Shown piece after piece: positions 7,931 to 17,163 of a DNA stretch of 43,376 bases; position 1 is the stretch's first letter, and each line of letters begins with the position of its first letter. Source of the DNA: Thermoleophilaceae bacterium. GTDB taxonomy: Bacteria > Actinomycetota > Thermoleophilia > Solirubrobacterales > Thermoleophilaceae. Both the position numbers and the translations under genes were made by a program. The stretch covers positions 1 to 43,376 of the forward strand of contig JACCSF010000088.1 in assembly GCA_013813135.1 (NCBI GenBank), read 5' to 3'. The notes beneath the pieces are model-generated. The model did no database searches, was not told the DNA's origin, and worked only from the letters and a program-made list of their open reading frames with translations.

Positions 7931-8386
7931 TCAAGCGGCCGGCGTTTGAGCCGAACTCCTCGCGCGCGCAAGAAAGCGAAGGATCGCTGCCGTGTCGTAG
8001 TGAAACATCTGTGCCCTTGCGAACTTGTCGTCGCGCACCTCGTAGAGGCCCAGCACCGGCGATTCGAAGCGCTCGCCCTCGGGGCTGAGTGCGCGCTGAG
8101 TGTAGATGACCGTCACCTCGTCACCATCGGTCGCCACGACCCTCGGCTCCATCCGGCACTCGTTCTCAGTCGGCTGCAGCGGCCCCCAGGTGCCGAGCCA
8201 AGTCCGCTCAGGAGCCGACTCGAGCTGTTCGTGTAGCGCCTCCTTGCCGCGCATCACGCCTCCGTAGGGCAGCGAGCTGGCCTCATGGAACTCGACCTCG
8301 TCGTGATAGAGGTCGAAGAGCGCTTCGCGATCACGCTGCTCAACCGCTCGGAAAACCCCCAACACGACTTCGGCACTGCTGCTCAT
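7931..8386 (-). CDS. SnoaL-like / NTF2-fold protein
   Basis: MSSSAEVVLGVFRAVEQRDREALFDLYHDEVEFHE...VRDDKFARAQMFHYDT. Start chosen at the ATG preceded by GGAG; an upstream in-frame ATG at 8416 is also possible. Confidence 0.75.
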   Translation of the reverse strand: MSSSAEVVLGVFRAVEQRDREALFDLYHDEVEFHEASSLPYGGVMRGKEALHEQLESAPERTWLGTWGPLQPTENECRMEPRVVATDGDEVTVIYTQRALSPEGERFESPVLGLYEVRDDKFARAQMFHYDTAAILRFLARARSSAQTPAA

Positions 8387-8440
8387 CTCGATTGCTCCGA
8401 TCTTCGCTGTCGGCACATCCAGCTGCGCCCTGTCTCAGGC

Positions 8441-8466
8441 CATACTAGAGGAGTGATTCTAATATG
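8441..8466. promoter_or_regulatory. Palindrome copy b (TAGA-N8-TCTA family)
   Basis: catacTAGAggagtgatTCTAatatg; TAGA 8446..8449, TCTA 8458..8461. Upstream of the SnoaL-like gene. Confidence 0.7.
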
Positions 8467-8691
8467 CACGAGATGCACTCGCCGGCCCATGGTCAGCTGG
8501 TTTCGCGTGCATTGCAGCTTCGCGAGTTCCATCAGGGAGGGACAAGCCTCTGGCCGCGATCACGAAATCCTCCCCAGAGTTGCCGCCCTGACGCCGTCTC
8601 GCTCGAACTCGAGCGAACATCGTCTTTTTCGCAGGTGCCGTGGTGGCGGGGGTGCGGCATTGGTATTGGCGCACGGTGCCGCTCGTGCGGG

Positions 8692-9513
8692 TTAGCTGAC
8701 TCGTTCGGCCAGGAACTCCTCCCAGGTCCGCCGGCCTACGGCTCGCTCGGGGGCCAGGTTGGCGCCGGCCCGGAACGCGCGTGCGGCCTTGCCTGGGAGC
8801 CGGACCGGCACAATCGGCCGGTGCTTACGACGGGCCCGCAGGTACCCGCGAAGCAGCCCGGCCATCCCGTACACCTGTGGCCCGCCCATGTCGGGCACCA
8901 GCCCGGCCGGCGTGCCGAGCGTCAGTTCCACGAGTCGGGCCGCCACCTCCCCGGTGTCGATCGGCTGGAACTGGAACCCGGCCGGGGCCGGTATCACGGG
9001 CAGCCTCGCCATCTGCTGCGCTGTCATCAAGAACAGGTCATGGAACTGGGTGGCGCGCAGCGTCGTCCATGGCAGGCCGGAGTCGGCCACCACGCGCTCG
9101 GCGGCCAGCTTGGACGCGAAGTAGCCGAACATGGCGCGGTCGGCGCCGCTGACGACTGGGATCCGGTCGGCGCCGACGACCGAGATGTACACCAGGTGCC
9201 GCGTCCTGGTCCGCGACGCTGCCCGGACCAGGTTCAGGGCCTTGTCCTCGTCGCCCTTGCTGGTGCCGGCGCAGTGCACGATGATCTCGGCCCCCTCCAC
9301 CGCGGCTTCGATCCCCTCGCCCGTGGCCAGGTCACCGATCACGAACTCGATGCCCTCCCCGGCCTCGCGGCTGCTCCTGCTGAGCACCCGTACCTTGCGG
9401 CCGGCGTCCCGCAGCCGCGGGACGACGAGGCGCCCGAGTGTGCCCGTGCCGCCGGTGACAAGAATCGGACCGTGTTCGTGATCACGCCCTCCGGTGCCTG
9501 TCGTTGTGCTCAT
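8692..9513 (-). CDS. NAD(P)H-binding NmrA-like / atypical SDR oxidoreductase
   Basis: ILVTGGTGTLGRLVVPRL Rossmann motif. Start set at MSTTTG (AAGGGA upstream); the ORF extends to 9561. Confidence 0.85.
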   Translation of the reverse strand: MSTTTGTGGRDHEHGPILVTGGTGTLGRLVVPRLRDAGRKVRVLSRSSREAGEGIEFVIGDLATGEGIEAAVEGAEIIVHCAGTSKGDEDKALNLVRAASRTRTRHLVYISVVGADRIPVVSGADRAMFGYFASKLAAERVVADSGLPWTTLRATQFHDLFLMTAQQMARLPVIPAPAGFQFQPIDTGEVAARLVELTLGTPAGLVPDMGGPQVYGMAGLLRGYLRARRKHRPIVPVRLPGKAARAFRAGANLAPERAVGRRTWEEFLAERVS

Positions 9514-9608
9514 GATGCTGTCCCTTCTGGCTTTCGTAGTGGTTCGGTCGATCGGCGTCATCTCGCCGGTCTAGTCCTATGACCGATCACGAGATAGGGA
9601 TGTGACCA

Positions 9609-10467
9609 ATGCCCGACACCGACTGGCTGGCGCAGCGCTTCGAGGAGCACCGGACCCGGCTGACGGCGGTCGCCTACCGAATGCTCGGTTCGGCAAGCGA
9701 GGCCGATGACGCGGTCCAGGAGGCCTGGCTTCGACTCAGCCGCTCGGACGCGGATTCGATCGAGAACGTGGGGAGCTGGCTCACCACGGTGCTCTCGCGG
9801 GTGTGCCTGAACGTCCTGCAGGCCCGCCGCTCGCGGCCGGAGGTGCCGCTCGGCCCCGAGGCGTCCGAGCCGGCCGCCGGCCACGCCGCAGGGTCTGACC
9901 CCGAGCGCCGAGTCGATCGGGCTCGCGCTGCTGATCGTGCTCGACACGCTCTCGCCCGCAGAGCGCGTCGCGTTCGTGCTGCACGACGTGTTCGGCGTGC
10001 CATTCGAGGAGATCGCGCCGATCGTGGGACGCAGCGCACCAGCAGCGCGCCAGCTCGCAAGCCGCGCGCGCCGCCGCGTCCGGCGAGAAAACGCAAGCCG
10101 CGAGACGAACAGGCTCCGGCAGGCCAAGCTGGTCGACGCATTCCTCGCCGCCGCCCGCAACGGCGAATTCGACCGGCTGCTCGCCCTCCTCGACGCCGAC
10201 GTGGTCCTCAATGCGGACCAGACAGCGGCGCGGATGGGCGCAGCGCAGGAGATGCACGGGGCAGCTGAGGTCGCCGAATTTTCCCGGCGCGCACGCGGAG
10301 CCAAGCCAGCGCTCCTGAACGGAACAGCCGCAGCGGTATGGATGCCGGGCGGGCAGCTACGGGTCGTTTACGACTTCACGATCAGCGGCGAAAAGATCAC
10401 CGCCATCGACCTGATCGCAGACCCAGCGCGTCTCCGCCAGCTCGACTTGGTGATCCCGAACGACTGA
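9609..10467 (+). pseudogene. ECF41 (SigJ-like) sigma factor with SnoaL-like C-terminal extension; frameshifted near 9900
   Basis: Frame 1 gives MPDTDWLAQRFEEHRTRLTAVAYRMLGSASEADDAVQEAWLRL...SWLTTVLSRVCLNVL...DPE. Frame 2 continues AESIGLALLIVLDTLSPAERVAFVLHDVFGVPFEEIAPIVGRS...ITAIDLIADPARLRQLDL. Confidence 0.75.
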
Positions 10468-10479
10468 CCACCGCCCGAT

Positions 10480-10950
10480 CGATATGAATCGCGCGGGGAT
10501 ACCACAGTCGTGTCGAAGGCCCCCGCTCGGGCGCACAATCGCGGGTTCGACCACGGTCAGCGCCCAGTAGATCGACCGCGTCGCGCCCCCAACGCAAACC
10601 AACCGCGTGGGGCGTGGAATTCTCGCGATCACAACTGGTAGTTCCGATGATCGTTGACACCTCTACGCCGAGGCCGGTCGATTGCGTGTACCCGATCTGT
10701 CTCCGAGGGGAGGAGGACATCGCAGCGTTCCTCTCGTCGGTTGGACGCTCCGGGAACGGGGAAGGGTTCCAGGCCCAGCTCATTCCCAGCTCAGCCGCTA
10801 GCTCGCCTGCGAGGTTCACGCCTTCGTCGGCCCAGACCTCCTGCAGCCCACAGATGTCCGGCTTGGCTTCGAGCAGAACCGAACGTATGGCCGCGGCTCG
10901 ATCCGCCACCGGCCGAAGCGCCACCATAGGTTCCAGGTGACCACGCGAAT
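10480..10950 (-). pseudogene. Endonuclease/exonuclease/phosphatase (EEP) family remnant, frameshifted and internally deleted
   Basis: IRVVTWNLWWRFG in one frame, then AAIRSVLLEAKPDICGLQEVWADEGVNLAGELAAELGMSWAW in another. Only weak C-terminal traces remain. Boundaries are approximate. Confidence 0.5.
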
Positions 10951-10974
10951 GCCCGCGGCCGGCGTGCTCGCACC

Positions 10975-11493
10975 TGCCGCTGCGCTCAACCGCTCGAACT
11001 CGCTGGCGGCCTCAATGCCCGTCATCCCGCCACCGCAGACCGCAGCTACTGAGCCTTCCGGCAGCTCGCTCAGAGCGTCGTTCAGCCGAGCCGCAGACTC
11101 AGGGCTCGCGAGCGAGTGGGCGTGTTCGCTGACGCCAGGAACCGACTCGGCGTCGATCGTGCTGCCCGTCGCGAGGATGACGAAGTCGAAGGGAATGCTC
11201 GCGTGCTCATCGCTTCCGCGAACGCGCACGAGTGATCGGGCGGTGTCGATCTCGTAAGCCTCGCCGCGGACGTTGGTCACCTTACGACCCGTCAACTTGC
11301 TGAGGTTGTAGCTGCGAACCTTCTGCCCCGCAGCAGCCTGATGCAGGCGCAAGCGCTGAACGAGCTCGGCTCTGGGATCGATGAGCGTGACCTCTGCGCC
11401 GCGGCGGGCGCGGCCGGCCACGCGCACGGCGGCCATAGCTCCGGCGTAGCCGCCGCCGACCACAACGACCTTCTGCGGATGCTCGATCTTCAC
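10975..11493 (-). pseudogene. NAD(P)/FAD-dependent oxidoreductase (NDH-2-like), N-terminal half only
   Basis: GTG start with AGGAGG 6 nt upstream. KVVVVGGGYAGAMAA first Rossmann motif. The gene ends just after the second one (AAVCGGGMTGIEAASEF) and is fused in-frame to EEP sequence. Confidence 0.65.
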
Positions 11494-11636
11494 GTTGGCC
11501 CTCCTGTTCGGCACCGTCGTGCACTTAGACGAGACAGGGCCGGCCTGTGACAAATCAGGCGGAGCCTCGAGCTTCAACTCCTGCGATGACCGTCCATCGA
11601 CCGCCATCGAGCCTCATGTGAGGGCCACCGCATCTG

Positions 11637-12299
11637 TTAGCCCGCGCTCGCGACAGCCGCGGGCTCCCGCAGCCAGGTGACGCTTGCAAGCAGGATCCAG
11701 ACAAGCCACATCCCGAGCGGCAACGCTATCCCTCCGATCAGGCCGTTGCCCGAGTTGAGCGGACCGGTCAGTGACAGCACGCCTCCGATCGCCCCCACAT
11801 TCGCCAGCGCCCCAGCCACCGCCAGCCACCCGAGCCAGCGACTGAACGCGCCGGAGAAGCAGAGCGCCGCCAGTGCGGCGAAGAAGGCCACGCCCGCGAA
11901 GGCCGCTGGGGCGGCGAGCAGGAACCCGGCGGTGTGCAACTCGTACGTCGTCTGGGAGCCTGCGGAATCGAACAGCAGCGCAGCCGCTGCATCAAGGCCG
12001 AGTGCCACGTTTAGGGCGGTCATGAACATCACGGCGCTTGCGAAGACGACCCACGGGAGCGGACCCTCGCCGGCTTCCGTCCACAGGCGCTCGAGCAGTC
12101 CACCTAGGAACACGAGCAGCGGAAGGTAGCCCACGCTCACGCACATGATCACCGCCTGCAGCAGATCGGTGTGGGCCCGGTAGAACGGAGCTACTTCGGC
12201 TCGTGATTCAAGGCCGGGCAGGAGCGGGATCACGAAGGCCATCGGCGCCCACAGGATCGCGAGCGCGATGCCGCTAGCCGGAACCCAACGGCGACTCAA
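11637..12299 (-). CDS. Integral membrane protein, family not recognised
   Basis: About 6 hydrophobic segments. TTG start with GGAG 6 nt upstream. Palindrome copy d lies about 45 nt upstream. Confidence 0.6.
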   Translation of the reverse strand: MSRRWVPASGIALAILWAPMAFVIPLLPGLESRAEVAPFYRAHTDLLQAVIMCVSVGYLPLLVFLGGLLERLWTEAGEGPLPWVVFASAVMFMTALNVALGLDAAAALLFDSAGSQTTYELHTAGFLLAAPAAFAGVAFFAALAALCFSGAFSRWLGWLAVAGALANVGAIGGVLSLTGPLNSGNGLIGGIALPLGMWLVWILLASVTWLREPAAVASAG

Positions 12300-12342
12300 G
12301 TCTGGCTCCGTTCGCTCAGTCGCGCCGGGTGCATGCGTGTTC

Positions 12343-12368
12343 CATAATAGAGGATGTGTTCTACTATG
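12343..12368. promoter_or_regulatory. Palindrome copy d (TAGA-N8-TCTA family)
   Basis: cataaTAGAggatgtgtTCTActatg; TAGA 12348..12351, TCTA 12360..12363. Confidence 0.7.
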
Positions 12369-12394
12369 CTGCTGAGGCCACCCTGGACGTAGTG

Positions 12395-12790
12395 CTAATC
12401 GCTCTTCTTGAGTCTCCGAGCGGCCCATTCGGGGGCCAGAATCGACATCACTGCCAGCGATACAAAGGACTTGTGAGCTCCGAGCGCCCCGAAGGCATGG
12501 TCCAAGACAAGCGGGAGGGCTGGCCGCCCCAGGCCCTTGCCCGGCGGGGAGACCACGATCCTGCGCATCTCGATACTGCGGTTCTTGTCCAGGATTCCGG
12601 CAAGGAGGACGAACCCGACCGGGCGATCGTCGTCGGCGACGAGCAGGTGTGCCTGATCGGGGTCGTCAAGCGCGCGCTCATGCTCGTGTCGCGACCTGGG
12701 CAGGATGAAGTCTGCGGCTTCCGGATCGGACTCGGCCGAGAGCACGAAGTCGTGCTCGGCGGTCCCGGTGCCGCGAAGGTGCAGGGCCAT
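12395..12790 (-). CDS. GNAT-family N-acetyltransferase (C-terminus looks atypical)
   Basis: VGFVLLAGILDKNRSIEMRRIVVSPPGKGLGRPAL is the acetyl-CoA motif A region. The tail after GAHK does not look like a normal GNAT C-terminus. Confidence 0.65.
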   Translation of the reverse strand: MALHLRGTGTAEHDFVLSAESDPEAADFILPRSRHEHERALDDPDQAHLLVADDDRPVGFVLLAGILDKNRSIEMRRIVVSPPGKGLGRPALPLVLDHAFGALGAHKSFVSLAVMSILAPEWAARRLKKSD

Positions 12791-13028
12791 CCTTACGAGC
12801 CGGCCTGCAGCCTTCTCGGCTGGATGAGGTCAGACCGGCGCTCAGGATCGCTCTCGGACACGAGGTCGGCAGGCTCGGGACTCACGTCGACCGGCGGCTT
12901 TGGCACGGTCGCTGGATTGGTGGCTCGCCCGTGCGGCGGGCACCGCGGGTCGTAGCTTTCGGAACCTCGTGAACCGGCCGCCGGGACCTGGGAAGCGGCG
13001 CCGCTCTCGCCCCTGGGAATCTTCACGG

Positions 13029-13241
13029 CTAGGGGTCGTCGACGCCGTGGCCACGGTCAAGTCCTCCGTCGGGGACGGCCGGCGGGGCAGGGCGTTCGGT
13101 CGTCTCCGCCGGCGCGGCGGGACGCTCGGCCGGCGGGCGGGAGGGCATGGGGCGCGTGGGTTCGTTGTCGCCACCGCAGCCGGCGATAAGTGCGGGGAGC
13201 ACGAGCGCGGCGGCGATGCGGACGGGCGCGCTGCGCATCAT
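13029..13241 (-). CDS. Small Pro-rich lipoprotein (possibly frameshifted; may continue in ORF 12793..13026)
   Basis: MMRSAPVRIAAALVLPALIAGCGG lipobox. The ATG overlaps the sigma stop (ATGA). A second Pro-rich ORF in another frame runs on to the GNAT start. Confidence 0.45.
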   Translation of the reverse strand: MMRSAPVRIAAALVLPALIAGCGGDNEPTRPMPSRPPAERPAAPAETTERPAPPAVPDGGLDRGHGVDDP

Positions 13242-14225
13242 TCCTGGCCCGGTTCAAGCGCGGAAGAGGCGCCGGAGCCCGCCCTGCGCACCCCGGCGCG
13301 CAGGATCTGCTTGAGGTCCGCTGTCGGCCCTAGGTGCCGCAGCTTGTCCGGGTTGACGATCGAGCGAACCGTCTGCACCACGTGGTCGGCAACATCGAGC
13401 GAGACGACATTGACCAGTTGTCCCTCCGAGTTGAAGAACGCTGCCCCGGGCTGGCCGTTGATCTCGAGCCGACGAAGCTCGAGACCCAGGCGCTGAGCGC
13501 TCGCGACGAGATTCACCAGCACGCCGGCCACGCGCTCACGGCCATAGACGGGTCGGGACAGCGCGGGTGCCTTGCCACCGTCATCGCCGTGGAGCACCAC
13601 GTCGGCCGCGAGGATCTCGGTCAACCCTTCGAGGTCGCCCTCTTCATAGGCAGCGAAGAACCGTCCGGCGAGCTCCTCGCGCCGCTCCCGAGACGCAGCG
13701 AATCGTGGCTTGCGCTCATCCACGCGACGCCGGGCGTGGACCGCAAGCTGCCGGCGGTTGTCCTCGGTCTTGTCCACGATCTCAGCGATCTCGCTGAACG
13801 ACAAGTCGAACACATCGCGCAGCAAAAGCACGCCTCGCTCGACCGGTGACAGGCTCTCGAGCAGCACGAGGAACGCCTGCGAGATGGAGTCGGCGAACTC
13901 GACCGGATCCTCGAATTCGGTCACCAGAGGCTCGGGTAGCCATTCGCCGACGTACTCCTCGCGGCGCACCCGCGCCGAACGCAGGTGGTCGATGCTCAGC
14001 CGCGTGACGACCGTCGACAGCCAGGCCCTCGGAGACGTGACCTCGCTCGGCGCCTGCCTCGCCACCTCGACGCAGAAACGCCTCCTGAGCGATGTCCTCG
14101 GCGTGGCTGACGCTGCCAACCATCCGGTACGCAATCGAGAAGAGAAGCGGTCGCAGCTCCTCATGCCTCGTCTCGGGCTGCTCCCGGGGCGGCTTCGGAG
14201 ATTTGCCCTCATGCGCCTCGCCCAT
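13238..14225 (-). pseudogene. Second ECF41 (SigJ-like) sigma factor; frameshifted near 14070
   Basis: Frame A gives MGEAHEGKSPKPPREQPETRHEELRPLLFSIAYRMVGSVSHAEDIAQEAFLR. Frame B gives VEVARQAPSEVTSPRAWLSTVVTRLSIDHLRSARVRREEYVGEWLPEP...LSPVERGVLLLRDVFDLSFSEIAEIV...VRSIVNPDKLRHLG. Confidence 0.75.
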
Positions 14226-14231
14226 GATGCA

Positions 14232-14257
14232 CATAGTAGAGGACCGCCTCTAGTATG
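14232..14257. promoter_or_regulatory. Palindrome copy c (TAGA-N8-TCTA family)
   Basis: catagTAGAggaccgccTCTAgtatg; TAGA 14237..14240, TCTA 14249..14252. On the minus strand, TACTAT lies 7 nt upstream of the sigma ATG at 14225. Confidence 0.7.
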
Positions 14258-14469
14258 AAGCCGATCGATGACGCTTGACACTGCGGATCGGAATCTCGGT
14301 CTCGGCCGTTTCGCAATCCAAAGGTCTTCCTCTGGGCCAACTGGGCTGGCAAACGCGGGCGCCCAGGAGTGCAGTCGCTCGCGGTCGCCAACGAGACCGA
14401 GGACTTGTCGCCGGCGACATCTTGGTGGTGATGATTGGGTGTCGGATCGCTTTGCGCGCTCTCGTGTCT

Positions 14470-14497
14470 GGTATTAGAATGCAGCATCTATAATACC
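14470..14497. promoter_or_regulatory. Palindrome copy f (TAGA-N8-TCTA family) with an embedded TATAAT
   Basis: ggtatTAGAatgcagcaTCTAtaatacc; TAGA 14475..14478, TCTA 14487..14490, TATAAT 14489..14494. About 80 nt upstream of the hydrolase start. Confidence 0.65.
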
Positions 14498-14577
14498 TTC
14501 CTCGGCAGGCAGCGGCTCCTCGCCACGACGGTCGGCTACCACCGGAGAGAACGTGTACGCAAGCGCATGAGGGAACC

Positions 14578-15418
14578 ATGAACGACGGTAACGAGGAGAT
14601 CCGCGAGCACGGCGTGGAGGTGTCCGGAGGGAAGTTCGCGATCAGCGAGCTCGGTGACCCCGCGGGGCAGCCGGTCGTCTACTGCCACGGCGGCCTGAAC
14701 TCGCGGCGCGACATCCACTTCGCCGCGCGAGTCGCGCGGCGCGCGGGCGTGCGGATACTGGCCATCGACCGCCCGGGGATCGGGGGCTCGACCCCACAGC
14801 GCGAGCGGACCCTCTCGACGTGGGGCGGGGATGTTGAGCGGGTTGCGGACGCGCTGGAGCTAGATCGCTTTACGGTGCTCGGCTGGTCCTTCGGAGGGCC
14901 CTTCGCACTCGCGTGCGCCTCAGTGCTCGGGACTCGCGTTGGAGCCGTGGGGATCGTCGGCGGAATGACACCGCTCGACCGGCCAGGCAAGGCGGACGAA
15001 CTCGGAACCGCAATAGGGCGAAGGCTGCTGCGCTGGGCCCCGAAGAGACCACGGGCAGCGGCGGCGTACCTCGCCAGCAGCAAGCTCGAACCGGCTGGGC
15101 TGCTGTACCGACAAGTCCGATCCGAGCTTCCCGCATCCGACGCGAAGGTACTTGACGGTCTCGGTCGAACAGCCGCGACCGCGCCTTTCCGCGAGGCTAT
15201 CCGCCGCACCCGGGTCGGATCGGGTGCGCTGGTGGCATGGGGATGAAGACACGTTCGTGCCGCTCGCCCACGCCCAGTACCTCGCGGCTCGCTTACCAGG
15301 GTCAAAGCTCACCGTCGTCTCGGGAGCCGGCCACTACGTACTCCACCGCGAGACCGGAGCGATCCTCACCGAGCTCGCCGCGGCATCCGACGTCGCGCCT
15401 GCCGAAGATCGGGCGTAA
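14578..15418 (+). pseudogene. Alpha/beta-fold hydrolase, frameshift/deletion near 15220
   Basis: HGGLNSR, the nucleophile elbow GWSFGG, then a stop after REAIRRTRVGSGALVAWG. The C-terminal block RVRWWHGDEDTFVPLAHAQYLAARLPGSKLTVVSGAGHYV continues in the +1 frame (ORF 15152..15418). Confidence 0.7.
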
Positions 15419-15517
15419 GGCCGTGTCGAGGCGGCAAGCTCCCGCAACCCTGGAGCCCTCCCGTTGCGCCGCCAGCGTCACGAGGTCGGGTCCTTGAGCT
15501 CGCTCAGCGACCGCACC

Positions 15518-15838
15518 ATGACGGAGCCCGTCGCCTGGGGTCCGGGCTGCCTGGCGTGGTCCTTCATGTCTGGGCCTGACCTGACCGTAAAGAGCGAGCG
15601 GATGATGCCGCCAGCCAGCGAGGAACTGCACGTGCACGACCGGGCACGGCAGTTCTTCTTCGTCTTGGCCGGGCATGCGCGCCTGACGTTCGGCGGCCGG
15701 GCGGTCGAGCTGGTCGAGCAGCAGGGGCTCGAGGTGCCCCCCGGCACGCCGCACCGGATCGAGGCCGTTGGCTCAGCGACCCTAGATTTTCTGGTCGTCT
15801 CGGCGCCTGCGGCCGACAACGATCGGCGGTCCGCGTGA
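15518..15838 (+). CDS. Cupin-domain protein
   Basis: EELHVHDRARQFFFVLAGHARLTF...VPPGTPHRIEAVG. Start set at MTEPVAW. Confidence 0.7.
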   Translation: MTEPVAWGPGCLAWSFMSGPDLTVKSERMMPPASEELHVHDRARQFFFVLAGHARLTFGGRAVELVEQQGLEVPPGTPHRIEAVGSATLDFLVVSAPAADNDRRSA

Positions 15839-16722
15839 GCCAGGCGACGACCGTCGGCCTCATCGGTCTCGGCGCGATGGGCTCGCGCCTCGGGATGCGC
15901 CTGTGCGAGGCGGGCCACGAGCTCGTCATTTGGAATCGGACCCCGGGCAAACTCGAGCCACTCCTCGCCGCCGGCGGCCGGGCGGCCGCCACGCCGGGCG
16001 ACGCGGCACGGGCGGCGCAGGTGACGATCACCATGCTCAGCGACGCAAGCGCGTTGGAGGCCGTCATCGAGGGGCCACAGGGCCTGGCGGCCGGCCTGCG
16101 GCCCGACGCGGTGCTGATCGACATGTCGACGATCGGCCCCGCCGCCGCCACGTGGCTTCGGTCGGCTGTGCCGAATGGCGTCGGCGTCCTCGACGCCCCC
16201 GTGCTCGGGAGCGTCGCCGAGGCGCAGGCGGGAACGCTGCGGATCCTCGTCGGCGGTCCCCCAGATCTCGTGGAGGCTTGGCGGCCGCTCCTCGAGGTGC
16301 TCGGTGTGCCGGTGCACCTAGGACCAGCCGGAGCGGGAGCGGCCGCCAAGCTGGTCGTCAACGCCTCGCTCTTCGGGGTGCTCGGCGTGCTCGCCGAGGC
16401 CGTGGCCCTTGCCGACAGCCTCGGCCTGTCTCGTAAGGCGACGTTCGAGAGCCTGTCGCTGACGCCCCTCGCCGAACAGGCGTCACGGCGCCGCCGGGTC
16501 ATCGAGACCGACCCGCCGAAGACGCGGTTCGCGCTGTCGCTCGCCCGCAAGGACGCCGAGCTCGTCGCTCAGGCCGCGGCGGCGGTGGGCTTGGACCTTC
16601 GCCTTGCGCGCGCCGCCGGCACGTGGCTGGCCGACGCCGAGCGCGGCGGTCACGGAGGGGATGACTACACCATGCTGCTGCGCTGGATCATCGCGGCGCA
16701 GAGGAACCCTCCCGCTCAATGA
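15835..16722 (+). CDS. NAD(P)-dependent oxidoreductase, 3-hydroxyisobutyrate/6-phosphogluconate dehydrogenase-like
   Basis: VGLIGLGAMGSRLGMRL, DAPVLGS and GAGAAAKLVVN. The GTG start overlaps the cupin stop (GTGA). Confidence 0.85.
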   Translation: MSQATTVGLIGLGAMGSRLGMRLCEAGHELVIWNRTPGKLEPLLAAGGRAAATPGDAARAAQVTITMLSDASALEAVIEGPQGLAAGLRPDAVLIDMSTIGPAAATWLRSAVPNGVGVLDAPVLGSVAEAQAGTLRILVGGPPDLVEAWRPLLEVLGVPVHLGPAGAGAAAKLVVNASLFGVLGVLAEAVALADSLGLSRKATFESLSLTPLAEQASRRRRVIETDPPKTRFALSLARKDAELVAQAAAAVGLDLRLARAAGTWLADAERGGHGGDDYTMLLRWIIAAQRNPPAQ

Positions 16723-16778
16723 CCTTGTTTGATCACGCACCGTGAGCGACCGTGCTGCACGAGCGCCCCGAAGCCCGC

Positions 16779-17040
16779 ATGAGCGATCGCTACGAGATGA
16801 TTGGCCAGGGCTATGCGGCGACGCGCCGCGAGGACCGACGGATCGCCCACCGGATCTACGAAGCACTCGGCGACGCGAGCAGCGTCGTCAACGTCGGCGC
16901 GGGCACTGGTTCCTACGAGCCAGCCGACCGCTACGTCATCGCCATCGAGCCCAGCGATGTGATGGCCGCGCAGCGCCGGCCCCACCGCGTCCCGGCAATT
17001 CGCGCCGCGGCGGACGACCTGCCTTTGCGCGACCCCATGA
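16779..17040 (+). pseudogene. Class I SAM methyltransferase, N-terminal fragment
   Basis: MSDRYEMIGQGYAATRRED...VVNVGAGTGSYEP...IEPSDVMAAQR...LPLRD. Methyltransferase similarity is then lost; the ORF runs on to 17150 as junk. Confidence 0.5.
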
Positions 17041-17163
17041 CGCCTCCCTGTCGTCTTTGCTCGCCGGTGGCGGCCGGACCTCGAGGTGCCAGACGCCAGG
17101 TGCAGCCACCGCAAGCGGGTAATAGGGGATCTGTGCTAGAACGACCATAGCGCGCAGGTTCTC

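Noticed and set aside
15478-16550. Large minus-strand ORFs 15478..16317 and 15564..16550
   Set aside because: They are antisense to the well-supported cupin and dehydrogenase genes and low-complexity (R/A/P/S rich), so they are shadow ORFs.
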